A stretch of DNA of 64,000 nt. Source: Candidatus Thalassarchaeum sp. Lineage in GTDB: Archaea; Thermoplasmatota; Poseidoniia; Poseidoniales; Thalassarchaeaceae. Shown here piece after piece: positions 44,870 through 55,520 of this stretch. Where the stretch lies: assembly GCA_022451235.1 (NCBI GenBank), contig JAKUOA010000007.1, forward strand, positions 16,188 through 80,187, read 5' to 3'. Each line of letters starts with the position of its first letter. The stretch's first letter is position 1. The notes beneath the pieces are model-generated. The model saw only the letters and a program-made list of their open reading frames with translations. It had not been told where the DNA came from and did no database searches. Both the position numbers and the translations under genes were made by a program.

Positions 44870-46360
44870 ATGTGCCCTAGGAATAGTGACGGGGACCATG
44901 AGTCAATTTCCAAAAATAACTGGATTGGGCCAGATGGGACTGAGAGTGGTCCAGATGTCCCTGAAGATTGGTATTTGACGTATGATGGACCTGCACCAGT
45001 CGTAGAGGAGATTTACGATGAAAACTATGCCGTAGATAGGGGAAATGGTACTATTCCTATTGATTTTTACATCAAAACATGGGGCGTTCCAGAGGGTTTT
45101 GGAAAAACAGACCATGAGAAAAAATGGTCTATGGATCAGACTTGGTGGAAGGGTCAGGAATCAGGCCTGGGAGACGACGACAAAGCCGTTCCTTCGAAAC
45201 TTGACAAGGATTTCGCAACAGAACCCATCTCGGTAATAGGCTTCATCGCTTTGTCCTTTTTTACAGCATTACCAGCGGTTTTATTCGGAGGAATTGGGGT
45301 GTACGTAATGCTCTTCTCGATAATCAATCCATATCACGAAGACGGGGGAATATTCGGATTTGTATGTTTTGGAATCCCCTTCTCATTAGCTGGATTGGTC
45401 TGCCTCTTAATATGGTTGGCCGGCATAATCAAAGAACGTCTGCGCGTGTATCACAGCAGGGATCAACTGGTCTTCCAGGCTACGATTCTCGGGCTCGGGC
45501 TCCCTCCGCTTAGGGGGCTTAGTTTACTCTCCGAGAAGAGGCGCCTCTCAGAAGCAGTTTACCTCGAGACCGATAGAGATGGCGATGATTGGAGCGATGC
45601 AATGGTCCACGGCCGCTCGAGCGAGGGGGTGGAGTGGGAGCTTGATATCTGTGGTGTGGTTAGCGAATTGGCGGAACCCGAGAATCCATACAACCCACCC
45701 TACGAAAAAAAGGCGAGAGAGATAGCGGAAGCAATTGGCATTGAGTTCCGAATAGTCCAAGACTCAGACGTGGGAGACAAGCCTGAACCTATCCCTTTTG
45801 GCCAAGATCGGGAATTCATATCGGATGCCTGGGGAGCAGTGTCCGGGACCATTGCCGTATTATTCGCCTCCAGCTTCTGTGTTGCTTTTCTACCTCCAAT
45901 AGTAGATTCGGTTGTTAATCTTACGAATTTGTTAACTGGAGAGCTGGAGCTGGAAGCGCAGCAATTGGCAAGTTTGTTATTTCCAATGTCATTCCTTTTG
46001 GTTCCCCTGATCGCGCTTGGCTGGCTTTTCAAAAAATTCTCCGTCTATCGTCTGCGTGTACAGCACAGCACCGACCTATTGATTTTTGATAGCACGTTTC
46101 GGGGGCGCAGTTGGAGAGTCAAGGAGAGGCGCCTGTCGGAATCACTCTACCTGAGATACCACAAATGGACGGAAGACCACACCGACTCGGATGGGAACAG
46201 CACCACCACAACGCATTACGAATGCGAAATCCACGGACACTCCGATGAAGAGGGTGAATGGAAATTGGACATCACGAGCATGGTGGAAACATTCGACGGT
46301 TCCAAAGAAATGGCACGAGAAATAGCGAGAGCAATTGGTATTGAGTTCCGAAGAGAGTGA
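44870..46360 (+). CDS. Hypothetical membrane protein built from two copies of a [2 TM + soluble beta-rich domain] module
   Basis: The internal repeat is visible in protein (RLRVYHSRDQLVF...AREIAEAIGIEFR vs YRLRVQHSTDLLIF...AREIARAIGIEFR) and in DNA (45713-45752 vs 46313-46352, 34/40 identical). Confidence 0.65.
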   Translation: MCPRNSDGDHESISKNNWIGPDGTESGPDVPEDWYLTYDGPAPVVEEIYDENYAVDRGNGTIPIDFYIKTWGVPEGFGKTDHEKKWSMDQTWWKGQESGLGDDDKAVPSKLDKDFATEPISVIGFIALSFFTALPAVLFGGIGVYVMLFSIINPYHEDGGIFGFVCFGIPFSLAGLVCLLIWLAGIIKERLRVYHSRDQLVFQATILGLGLPPLRGLSLLSEKRRLSEAVYLETDRDGDDWSDAMVHGRSSEGVEWELDICGVVSELAEPENPYNPPYEKKAREIAEAIGIEFRIVQDSDVGDKPEPIPFGQDREFISDAWGAVSGTIAVLFASSFCVAFLPPIVDSVVNLTNLLTGELELEAQQLASLLFPMSFLLVPLIALGWLFKKFSVYRLRVQHSTDLLIFDSTFRGRSWRVKERRLSESLYLRYHKWTEDHTDSDGNSTTTTHYECEIHGHSDEEGEWKLDITSMVETFDGSKEMAREIARAIGIEFRRE

Positions 46361-46415
46361 CTTACACTCCAACGTGAGTACCAACATATCATCGAGTCAT
46401 AGGATACCCTATGAT

Positions 46416-47555
46416 TCAATCAACTGATACAGGTAGAACTCTAGTCGTACGATATCCCTGTAATACTTTCATGTAGCGCTTTCCAGCGAATTCCGCATCC
46501 AGGTCTGAATCGCCAGTTTCTATTCTTAGTCTACGCACTGTTAGCAGCTTGGCCGGAGTGCATATTCCAAGAACGGAATCAATTCCTGCAGTTCTCAAAA
46601 CCTCGGGAGAGAGTTGTAAATTCCCTCTACCAATTAGGAAGCCTTGTCCGCCCATTGGAGAAAGTAAAATGGTAACCTCACCTTCGTGTTCAGAAAGCAA
46701 TTTGAGTAAATCTGATTCATTCAAATCTGTTCCAATTTGCTTACTACCAATACTCGCGTCTATGCCAAGAACGGTAGGATTCATTCCCACCATTTCTCCT
46801 ATTGTTCGAAGTGTTCCACCTGAACCCCAGATTATTAGGTGGTTGTCGACCATGAGAATTTCGCGAATATGGTCTGCTAAACCTTCAACAATTTCTTCTT
46901 CACCAGAAGCTTCCACACGTTGCTTGGTTCCTTGCATCCATCGAGGGCTTGCTGGAGTCATCGCTTCGGCGTACATTCTTACAACCCAACGTCCCTCACG
47001 GTAGATTTCCTCATCGAGATCTAGGACTTCGGTATTTGCAACCAATAACTCTCCATCTAGCCAAGCTGAGAGTACTTCGGCTGCAGCCTTTGGTGAGGCA
47101 GCAAAACAGCCAGAATGCATCTTTACTCCACAAGGAACTCCAATCAGAGGTAAGTTACCGCGACCTGCTTTTTCTAAGGCGGCTACTATATCTCGAGTGG
47201 TTCCATCTCCTCCACCATAGACCAGTAAATCGATTTCAGCGTCAAGCAAGGTCTGAACTAACCCTGCAGTATCTTCAGCGGAAGTTAATCCAGAAGACTG
47301 ATGGATAGTGGATATAATTCCAATTTCTGAGCCAATCCATTCCGAACCCATTCGACCTTCGCTTGTTACCCACTGCAAATCTGAGGTGTCTTTTCTTAAC
47401 CTTGTAAAATGTGCTAGAGTATCCCTGACTCTAGGCCCTGCTCTATCCTCTGCACCCTGTGAACGGGCATATTCTGCTTGTCCATCTGAGCCCTTCAGAC
47501 CCAATCGGCCTCCAAGCCCTGCATCAGGGTTGACAAGTAGCCCAATGCGGGTCAT
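46416..47555 (-). CDS. ATP-NAD kinase / diacylglycerol-kinase-fold family protein (AcoX-like)
   Basis: [13 protein letters not shown] and [13 protein letters not shown]. The ORF-track GTG start was trimmed to ATG (MTRIGLL). Confidence 0.65.
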   Translation of the reverse strand: MTRIGLLVNPDAGLGGRLGLKGSDGQAEYARSQGAEDRAGPRVRDTLAHFTRLRKDTSDLQWVTSEGRMGSEWIGSEIGIISTIHQSSGLTSAEDTAGLVQTLLDAEIDLLVYGGGDGTTRDIVAALEKAGRGNLPLIGVPCGVKMHSGCFAASPKAAAEVLSAWLDGELLVANTEVLDLDEEIYREGRWVVRMYAEAMTPASPRWMQGTKQRVEASGEEEIVEGLADHIREILMVDNHLIIWGSGGTLRTIGEMVGMNPTVLGIDASIGSKQIGTDLNESDLLKLLSEHEGEVTILLSPMGGQGFLIGRGNLQLSPEVLRTAGIDSVLGICTPAKLLTVRRLRIETGDSDLDAEFAGKRYMKVLQGYRTTRVLPVSVD

Positions 47556-47608
47556 ACCTCGCGCAGCAGGCACGCGTTAATATCTCCACAGTCTTACCAA
47601 TTAGCGAA

Positions 47609-48517
47609 ATGCGCATCGTTGTGGCACTAGGTGGTAATGCTCTACTTAGGCGAGGGCAACCAATGACGGCTGAAAATCAAAGAGAGAATGTTCGAATTGC
47701 CGCGAAAGCTCTCGCGCCGATTACAGAAGGAAATCAATTGGTAATCAGCCATGGAAATGGACCACAAGTTGGACTTCTTGCACTACAATCTGCCGCCTAC
47801 GAAGAAGTTGAGGCGTACCCTCTCGATGTGCTTGGTGCACAGACTGAGGGGATGATTGGTTACATGATTGAGCAAGAGCTCGGAAACCTGCTTCCAATCG
47901 AAGTACCATTTGCTACAATCCTTACAATGGTTGAAGTTGATCCAGAAGACCCAGCCTTCGAAAATCCAACAAAACCAATCGGACCTATCTACAACCATGA
48001 AGATGCTAAACTTCTCGAGACTGAGAAGGGATGGACAATGAAGCCAGATGGAGAATATTGGCGAAGAGTTGTGCCTTCTCCCGAACCACACAGAATTTTC
48101 GAAATGAGACCCATACATTGGTTATTGGAAAAAGGAACGATTGTCATCTGTGCGGGTGGAGGCGGTATCCCTACGATTTTCAATAGCGAAGGAAATCTAG
48201 AGGGAGTAGAGGTCGTCATTGACAAAGATAGAGCGAGTTCTCTACTTGCATTCGAGTTGGAGGCTGATTTGCTAATCATGGCTACCGACGCCGATGGAGT
48301 GTATCTTAATTGGGGAACTGATGATGCTGAGAAAATATCTACGACTAATCCGGATGAGATTGAGAAATATGAATTCGAGGAGGGTTCAATGGGGCCGAAA
48401 GTCGAGGCCGCCTGCGACTTCGTGAGACGGACTGGACAGCGAGCAGTCATTGGGTCATTAGCCGATTTACCGGAGATGGTGGCGGGAGTCGCAGGGACCC
48501 AATTCGTCATCGAATGA
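47609..48517 (+). CDS. arcC: Carbamate kinase
   Basis: [31 protein letters not shown] and the MATDADGVY region. Confidence 0.9.
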   Translation: MRIVVALGGNALLRRGQPMTAENQRENVRIAAKALAPITEGNQLVISHGNGPQVGLLALQSAAYEEVEAYPLDVLGAQTEGMIGYMIEQELGNLLPIEVPFATILTMVEVDPEDPAFENPTKPIGPIYNHEDAKLLETEKGWTMKPDGEYWRRVVPSPEPHRIFEMRPIHWLLEKGTIVICAGGGGIPTIFNSEGNLEGVEVVIDKDRASSLLAFELEADLLIMATDADGVYLNWGTDDAEKISTTNPDEIEKYEFEEGSMGPKVEAACDFVRRTGQRAVIGSLADLPEMVAGVAGTQFVIE

Positions 48518-48581
48518 CCTATTTTCAGGCCAAGCCCTTCATAGCGGCGATTCGTCGGCGTAGCCGACGGAGAGACACGCC

Positions 48582-50537
48582 ATGAGTATGATTGCGGTAG
48601 ATTTGGGAGATAGCGGAACCCACGAGTACGCCTCTGGAATTACCGTAGGAGAGGTTATTCTCAACGTTCATGGCAAGCGCTCTGGAGCAGTCGCGGCATT
48701 AGTAGACGGCAGCGAGCGCGACTTTTCTCACATTTTAGATTCTAATTGCAGTCTCGAGCCAATCAACGGGGAGAGCGAGGCTGGGCTATACATTCTGCGC
48801 CATTCCTGTGCTCATCTTTTGGCACAAGCTGTTGTAGAAATGTTCCCAGATGCTAAACCGACTATCGGGCCACCAATCGATCATGGCTTCTACTATGATT
48901 TCCACATGGATCCTATCGGCGATGAGGAACTTAAGGCGATAGAGAAGAAAATGAATCAACATATCAGAGCAAATCATGCTATGATTCGTGAAGAATATGA
49001 TAATCAGACCCTAAGAGATATGTTCTCAGAAAACAAGTTCAAACTGGAAATTATGGACGATAAAATTGGCCATGATGTTGGATCGTCTGCCTATCGGCAA
49101 GGTGATTTCGTAGACTTATGTCGTGGCCCTCACGTCCCTTCGACTTCTCATCTGCGTTGGTTCAAACTGACTAGTACCAGTACTGCTTACTGGCGGGCTG
49201 ATAGCAAGCGAGAATCATTGGTTAGAATCTATGGAATGTGTTATGCGAGCAAAGAAGGCCTGAAAGAACGTCAAAGGCAAATTCAGGAAGCAGAAAAACG
49301 AGACCACAAGAAAATTGGCAAAGAAATGGAACTTTACATGATTAACGAGATGATTGGAAAAGGACTGCCCGTATGGCTACCTCATGGGGAGATTCTCAAA
49401 AGCGAAATCGAACGATATGCTGTAGAAACAGAGGAATCATATGGGTACCAAAGAGTTACCACTCCAGTTTTAGCAAAGCAAGAATTGTTCGAATCTAGTG
49501 GCCACCTTCCTCACTATGCAGATGGAATGTATCCACCAATGGAAATGGATGACGGAACATACTATCTGAAGGCAATGAACTGTCCAATGCATCATTTGGT
49601 TTTCTCCAGCAAAAAGCGAAGTTATCGAGAATTGCCTTTGAGAATTGCTGAGTATGGAACAGTCTATCGAAACGAACTCTCAGGAACACTTGCGGGTCTA
49701 CTTCGAGTTCGAATGCTTTCGATGAATGATGCTCACATCTACTGTACGCTAGACCAGGTAGGGGATGAGGTGCGTGCGAATGTGCAAATGGTCAACGATT
49801 ACTACCGAACCTTCGGGTTTGAGAACTTCCACTTACGCCTATCTTTGTGGGACCCTGAGAATACTGAGAAGTATATCGGCGACGCCAAAATCTGGGAGTC
49901 GACTCAGGAACACTTGCGGTCTATTCTCGTCGATATGGGTGTACCTTTCGTCGAGGAGGTCGGTGAGGCGGCTTTCTATGGACCGAAAATCGATATTCAA
50001 TTTACGACCGCGCTCGGACGGGAGGAGTCGATGTCGACGATTCAGTTGGATTTCGCTGCGAAGGACCGCTTCGAGTTGAGTTACAAAGATGAGAATGGGG
50101 AGGAAAATGGCGAGGTCTTCGTGATTCATCGGGCACCTCTATCGACTCACGAGAGATTTGTTGCATTCCTAACCGAGCATTGGATTGGCAACTTCCCGAC
50201 TTGGCTATCGCCAGTTCAGGTTCAGGTAATCACCATTTCAGAGAAACAAATTGAATATGCGGCAGAAGTAAAAACAGCTTTGGAGTCTGCCGGAGTTCGT
50301 GTCAAAGTTGATGATTCTGATGCGACCATCGGTAAGAAAATCCGAATGCATAGGAAAATGCGACCTGCTTACATGTTGATTCTTGGTGAGGATGAGGCGG
50401 CGAATCAAACCGTCTCGATTCGGGCGCGTAATGGCGACCAGTGTAACGGTGTTCCTTTGGATCAATTCGTGTCCGACTTATTCACTGAAATTACAAATCG
50501 AGAGAGGGCATTGGGTCTAGTTCCTGCCTCAGAATAG
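48582..50537 (+). CDS. thrS: Threonyl-tRNA synthetase
   Basis: TGS-like N-terminus, HSCAHLLAQA editing/second-additional-domain motif, class II core (YRNELSG, RVRMLSMNDAH, QLDF) and an anticodon-binding C-terminus. Confidence 0.95.
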   Translation: MSMIAVDLGDSGTHEYASGITVGEVILNVHGKRSGAVAALVDGSERDFSHILDSNCSLEPINGESEAGLYILRHSCAHLLAQAVVEMFPDAKPTIGPPIDHGFYYDFHMDPIGDEELKAIEKKMNQHIRANHAMIREEYDNQTLRDMFSENKFKLEIMDDKIGHDVGSSAYRQGDFVDLCRGPHVPSTSHLRWFKLTSTSTAYWRADSKRESLVRIYGMCYASKEGLKERQRQIQEAEKRDHKKIGKEMELYMINEMIGKGLPVWLPHGEILKSEIERYAVETEESYGYQRVTTPVLAKQELFESSGHLPHYADGMYPPMEMDDGTYYLKAMNCPMHHLVFSSKKRSYRELPLRIAEYGTVYRNELSGTLAGLLRVRMLSMNDAHIYCTLDQVGDEVRANVQMVNDYYRTFGFENFHLRLSLWDPENTEKYIGDAKIWESTQEHLRSILVDMGVPFVEEVGEAAFYGPKIDIQFTTALGREESMSTIQLDFAAKDRFELSYKDENGEENGEVFVIHRAPLSTHERFVAFLTEHWIGNFPTWLSPVQVQVITISEKQIEYAAEVKTALESAGVRVKVDDSDATIGKKIRMHRKMRPAYMLILGEDEAANQTVSIRARNGDQCNGVPLDQFVSDLFTEITNRERALGLVPASE

Positions 50538-50539
50538 TC

Positions 50540-52261
50540 TCAGACTACTCTTCTACGTAGACCCTCAAGTAACTCGTCTGCTTTTCCTAGAGCAGTCAAA
50601 CAATCTTGGATTTGTCCGGAATCTAAAGCCTGTATCGCCTTATTCACGGTCGCTTCTGTTGCTCTACGTGATTCATCGGTTGGAGCAATAGAACTCGAAT
50701 CTAGACGGCGGCGGAGTTCAGACCATTCAGATTGAACAAAGTCCAACAATTCCTTGGCTTCGCCCGCCTCTGACTCGTAGGTTGCTAAATCGTTAGTTAA
50801 CGAAGTTAGAGATTGTGAGGCATTAGTCCATGCGCCAGATGAGGCTGCGGCTTCGACTTCCTCAAGCCTTGATTGCCAAAATTGATTCGCTTGACCACTT
50901 GGGAATCTAGCTGAAATCTGCTTCTTCTGTCGTAATGCTCGCTGAACTTCTTGCATCGCATCCGATGTTTCTCGGACCTCGCGGGCTAGACTATCTGCTA
51001 GACCCTTGGCTAGAGGTACGTCACCCTTAGCCAATGCCTCCTTGGCTTCTGTGAGACGTTCTACATTGGCTAAGGCTAATTCACCCTCAGCCGATTTAAG
51101 TGCTGCTTCAGCATCTGCAATTGCGACCTCTGCCTCACCGCTGGAAGCCTCAAGGCTCTCGATATGAGCAGGTATCGAACTTGCGATATGCAGTGCCTCG
51201 GCTGGCTCCTCTGCATCCATTGCTTCCTTTGCTGCTGTTAGGATACCTCTAATCGAGTCGGAAGCAGAACCTGACTTAGCCGCTATGGCCTTCTCAGCGG
51301 TAGCTATCGATTCTGCTGCTAATTGCCAATTTTCTTCTATGGCCCCCGCCTTTGTTTTTGCTAGGCGATAGAGGCTCTCAGCCTCTCGAAGTGAGCCATG
51401 TCCTGCCTCTCTATCTCCCATTGTGAATGCTCGGCGCGGACCTTGGACTACAGGGGCAATTTCTTCTGCCTTTTCGACCGCTGAAAGCGAATCGCTGCGA
51501 ATCGCATCGATATCTACTGCCATTTCCATGATTCGCTTGGCTTCTCTGTCGGCTTCCTCGATTAGCACCATTCCGCGTGCTGGATCTTTCCAACCTGCTT
51601 CACGAGCTTGTTGAATCAGAGAGGAGGCTTGTTCTAAACCAGAATTCTTTGAGCGTAACTCAAGCATTCTTGCTTCAGCCTCGTCTAATTCGTTAGCGAA
51701 TTTTTTCCTTTCTTTATGGACGTCGTCTTTAGCCATTAAGTCTGGAGTTACCATTCCAACACAAGCTAATGCAAAAACTACCGCAATCAATAATTCAAGG
51801 CCTAGAGAAATTACTATTGCAATCCCTATAGCGATTCCCGCAAGACCAGAGAATGCTCGTAATCTCCTTGTAGAAAGAGAGCCACCTAGGGCGTTTCGCC
51901 AATGTAGTAGAAGACTTATTGCCACTAGAATCAAAATAGCAGATGCAAGTGTCCTATCTCCATCTCCAAATGAATCGATTGCCATAGCGATTACCATAGG
52001 CCATGCAAGACCACTAGCAATAGCAATTCTAGAGCGTTCAACCGGCCCATGGTCGATTAGATCCATCAGCATTAGAGCCGCAACGAACATGGCGATTACT
52101 GGACCCATTCGAGGGAGTAGTTCTACGCTCCCGTCCATTGCTGGAAATAGCCACCAACCAGCAGAGGTAATCAGTAGCAAGGTTCCCATCATTGCTACCT
52201 TTTCCACCCTCGAACGATGCTGGGCGATAACCCGATCTGCATGGTCGGGTGGTAGAACCAT
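50540..52261 (-). CDS. Hypothetical protein: N-terminal multi-TM domain + ~380 aa Ala/Glu-rich helical region
   Basis: About 6 hydrophobic helices in the first ~185 aa, then long A/E/K/L-rich predicted helices (EAALKSAEGELALANVERLTEAKEALAKG ...). Confidence 0.6.
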   Translation of the reverse strand: MVLPPDHADRVIAQHRSRVEKVAMMGTLLLITSAGWWLFPAMDGSVELLPRMGPVIAMFVAALMLMDLIDHGPVERSRIAIASGLAWPMVIAMAIDSFGDGDRTLASAILILVAISLLLHWRNALGGSLSTRRLRAFSGLAGIAIGIAIVISLGLELLIAVVFALACVGMVTPDLMAKDDVHKERKKFANELDEAEARMLELRSKNSGLEQASSLIQQAREAGWKDPARGMVLIEEADREAKRIMEMAVDIDAIRSDSLSAVEKAEEIAPVVQGPRRAFTMGDREAGHGSLREAESLYRLAKTKAGAIEENWQLAAESIATAEKAIAAKSGSASDSIRGILTAAKEAMDAEEPAEALHIASSIPAHIESLEASSGEAEVAIADAEAALKSAEGELALANVERLTEAKEALAKGDVPLAKGLADSLAREVRETSDAMQEVQRALRQKKQISARFPSGQANQFWQSRLEEVEAAASSGAWTNASQSLTSLTNDLATYESEAGEAKELLDFVQSEWSELRRRLDSSSIAPTDESRRATEATVNKAIQALDSGQIQDCLTALGKADELLEGLRRRVV

Positions 52262-52338
52262 ACCTCCTCACCAAGGTGTATAGGTCAAGAGTCGAGCGGT
52301 TGTTTGGACCTAGGGAGTAATCCTACTAAGAGGCTGAT

Positions 52339-54423
52339 TTAGTCCTCAAAACGCCCGGGGCCCCACAACATACGAGCTCCAATAGCTAACCCTGCAAGAA
52401 CTAGGAAAACACCTAGAATTACTTGAAGTGGGCCTGAGTCGGGATTGATCATAATATTAGTATCAATAATGAGTGAATTATCCTTCTGTATTTCACTACC
52501 TTCCCACTCGAAGCGAAGAGGTAATTCTCCGGCTCTATCAAGTGGAATTACTAATGAAACTCCAACTACACCAGGGCCAGTTGAGGTTGCCCATGGTATG
52601 TTGATGTAATCTGAACAAAGCTCTCCACTACACAGTCTACCGATTGCAGGGTCCCCTCCAATATTCTGTACTACTACATACAATTCCAGATTTTCACCAA
52701 CTGTCGGGGTGCCATCGTAACTTACGTTCCAAATACTAATATTAACTCCGGGAGCTGGTTGCACTGCAATTGAAAATGAGAGCACATTCATGTTATCTTT
52801 AGAATCCCATGACATCAAAATGAACCAGTGGCTACCGGCTTCCAGTGGATTGATTTCAAAGGTTTTAATCTCTGAAAATGATTGGTTTTCAAAATACGCT
52901 TCTTGATTCAATATGAAAGTCCATCTGGTATCATAAATTGAATCCAAGTCATCATAAGAATTAGTCAGATTAACTGTAATTGTTTCATCCGCTCTAGCGG
53001 GTTGTTCAGCTGAAATCATAACATCATTTGAGTAGATATCTGGGAGAATTGTCGGACCTGCACCGTCAAGGACTAAAATTATCCAATCGTTATGCACGGA
53101 GTTACCAGCATCGTCTACCACCATCAGATGAAGAGTGTAAGTTGTCGCAGGTTTTGACTGATGACGGTCTTCAATATCTAGATTCATATTGTTCACATTG
53201 TCACCTTGAGGGAAGCGACTTTGTGCAAACATCTGATTCCAATCTACGTGTCTCCATTCATTGGTTCGATTACTGGTAATCTCAATTGTCGTATCCAACC
53301 CTGAATCGTCTAAGGCTGAGATGTTAATTTCCAGAATATCCTCACTACCGATTTCAATGATACCATCACTAGTATCGATTGTAACCTCTCCATTATTTGT
53401 TGATTGAGCAGTAAATGAGGCTTCCCAAGTTGGAGATACTCCATCGATTACGATATTTTCGAACCACTGACTAGTTGAACCGAAATGATCTGCGCATTGT
53501 ACCACTGCGCTTAGTACGTCTCCATGACTGTAATTATACTCTGATGGAGTAATTGATACGAAAGGTTGGTCACTAGTTAGGACGACTGAGTCATTATTGC
53601 TGAATGTCCAAGTTATATGAGTATCATCTAGATGACTATCAACGCAATTTACCTCGTAGGTTGTAGATCTATCTAGTGCGATTTGTGTACTACTACCCAA
53701 ACGATTTGCAACTATGTTTGGAGGCATGTTTGTTCCAACACTTATCCTGATGTCGCTAGCAACTGGGACTGCACTTCGATTAATTGTGAATTGATTTGGT
53801 ACACCATCGATTACATCCTGCATGGCAGAATATCTGTATTCATAGGGCGATGGTAAAGAGATAGTCAGAGGGACTTCCTCAATCAAGCCTCCAACTCTTG
53901 GCACGTCGATAAGACGGTTTGTACGTCCATCTGTTTGGCCTACCAAATCGACGATTTCTGTCCAACCCCAAGTCCCATTGAGATTATCTATTGGACCGGG
54001 TGCTGGGGGTCTAGGGATGATTGTTACATTACTGGCCTCAAATGCCTCGTGGTCTAGAATACAACAGCCTGCTAATTCCGAATTATTCCAAGGTCGATTG
54101 AGTAAATATGCAGAGAAAACATCTACTTCAGATTGGTTGAGATTTCCATCATTATTACCGAGATACTGATCTATTTGTTGACGTATTCCAATTCCAGGGT
54201 GAGCTAATTCACTCGAACCAAGAAATTCAGAAATTGAAATGTTTAGAGTCCATGTTGCGGTGATATTTGAATTTGGAAGTAACTCATCATGGATTATCAG
54301 TTCCGCATAGCCGTTGTATGGATCAGTATCATGAGGGATTCCATGTGTGTCTGCATTGCTTAATGGAGTTGCAGAAGTTATTATGATTAAAGTCATAAAA
54401 ATAGCAACTGAATCTCTAGACAT
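52339..54423 (-). CDS. Secreted sequon-rich surface protein (694 aa) with C-terminal TM anchor
   Basis: Signal-like N-terminus; more than a dozen N-x-S/T sequons read by eye; C-terminal LQVILGVFLVLAGLAIGA. Confidence 0.7.
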   Translation of the reverse strand: MSRDSVAIFMTLIIITSATPLSNADTHGIPHDTDPYNGYAELIIHDELLPNSNITATWTLNISISEFLGSSELAHPGIGIRQQIDQYLGNNDGNLNQSEVDVFSAYLLNRPWNNSELAGCCILDHEAFEASNVTIIPRPPAPGPIDNLNGTWGWTEIVDLVGQTDGRTNRLIDVPRVGGLIEEVPLTISLPSPYEYRYSAMQDVIDGVPNQFTINRSAVPVASDIRISVGTNMPPNIVANRLGSSTQIALDRSTTYEVNCVDSHLDDTHITWTFSNNDSVVLTSDQPFVSITPSEYNYSHGDVLSAVVQCADHFGSTSQWFENIVIDGVSPTWEASFTAQSTNNGEVTIDTSDGIIEIGSEDILEINISALDDSGLDTTIEITSNRTNEWRHVDWNQMFAQSRFPQGDNVNNMNLDIEDRHQSKPATTYTLHLMVVDDAGNSVHNDWIILVLDGAGPTILPDIYSNDVMISAEQPARADETITVNLTNSYDDLDSIYDTRWTFILNQEAYFENQSFSEIKTFEINPLEAGSHWFILMSWDSKDNMNVLSFSIAVQPAPGVNISIWNVSYDGTPTVGENLELYVVVQNIGGDPAIGRLCSGELCSDYINIPWATSTGPGVVGVSLVIPLDRAGELPLRFEWEGSEIQKDNSLIIDTNIMINPDSGPLQVILGVFLVLAGLAIGARMLWGPGRFED

Positions 54424-55407
54424 TCACTCACCTCCATTGTGAATAATGGTTGAGCCCTCAAAATCAACTCCAAGAGGAATAATTTGATTATTCCCGCGAA
54501 ATTCTTTCTCTATTTTGGTTCGTAAATCTGCATCGCCGTGGACTAGGAAGAAACCTCCTCCTCCAGCACCCAACAATTTTGCCCCAGATGCACCGAGTTG
54601 CATGAGCCTGTCATGTAAATCATCTATTTCTTGGCTAGAAACCCCTGAAGTAATTCCTCTCTTAGCCTGCCAAGCCGACTCTAACAATTCACCCAGTTCA
54701 GACAATTTACCGCCTTCGAGCATTATTCTCGCTTCATCTGCCTGCATGCGAATTGACCTCAGTCGTTGTAGGCGATCAAATTCGTCTTCGGGAGATTCCG
54801 ATAAGACCGAACTTGCGCTACGAGTTAATCCAGTGAAGACCAGGGTAAATTCCGACTCCAATCGAGAAATAATCTCACTTGATAGGTCGAGGGACGATAC
54901 CTCGACGCCCTCTGAAGTGAATGATATCGAATTGACACCACCATGAGCGGCTGCGTATTGGTCTTGCCTTCCAATTGGCTGACCTAGCATATCGATCTCA
55001 ATATTGCAAGCTTCTTCTGCTAATTGTTCTGCAGAAACTTGCCTTCCTGCATAATTGTGTAAAGCGTTTAGAAGACCTACGGTTACGGTAGATGACGAGC
55101 CCAAACCTGTTCCACGTGATGGTATGTCGGCAATAGTGGTAATTTCTACTCCTGAGGTGACTCCGGTAATTCTCATGGCTTCACGGACTAATTCGTGTTC
55201 AATATCCTCAAAATTATCCACTAATTCCATCTTTGAATAAGATACTCGGACCTTATCGTCAAATCGAGCGTTTACGGTCACATGGATGTGACGATTTAAC
55301 GCTAAAGAGGTGACACGTCCACCGTTTTGCTCGGAATTAGCAAACCAATCAAGGTCGGTTCCACCTCCGCAGAAAGACACTCGCACTGGCGTACGGGAGA
55401 TTATCAT
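54424..55407 (-). CDS. GHMP-family sugar(-phosphate) kinase (heptose/fucose-kinase-like)
   Basis: MIISRTPVRVSFCGGGTDL, GHMP motif II PSRGTGLGSSST, and GAKLLGAGGGGF. The ORF-track TTG start was trimmed by one codon. Confidence 0.8.
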   Translation of the reverse strand: MIISRTPVRVSFCGGGTDLDWFANSEQNGGRVTSLALNRHIHVTVNARFDDKVRVSYSKMELVDNFEDIEHELVREAMRITGVTSGVEITTIADIPSRGTGLGSSSTVTVGLLNALHNYAGRQVSAEQLAEEACNIEIDMLGQPIGRQDQYAAAHGGVNSISFTSEGVEVSSLDLSSEIISRLESEFTLVFTGLTRSASSVLSESPEDEFDRLQRLRSIRMQADEARIMLEGGKLSELGELLESAWQAKRGITSGVSSQEIDDLHDRLMQLGASGAKLLGAGGGGFFLVHGDADLRTKIEKEFRGNNQIIPLGVDFEGSTIIHNGGE

Positions 55408-55520
55408 CAATCACTCGGCGCAAGCATCCGACTTCAAGACGACGGAGGGCGGTTTGAATCAATATTACCAAGGGTAAGGGCTATCAAATGTCGGCGTTGG
55501 GATTCGTCGGAGGACACAGT

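Noticed and set aside
48553-48569. Hairpin CGTCGGC-GTA-GCCGACG in the arcC-thrS spacer as a thrS leader, operator or T-box-like element
   Set aside because: It is a 7-bp stem with a 3-nt loop, carries no anticodon-like or specifier features, and is too small for a riboswitch. It may simply be a 3' structure of arcC.
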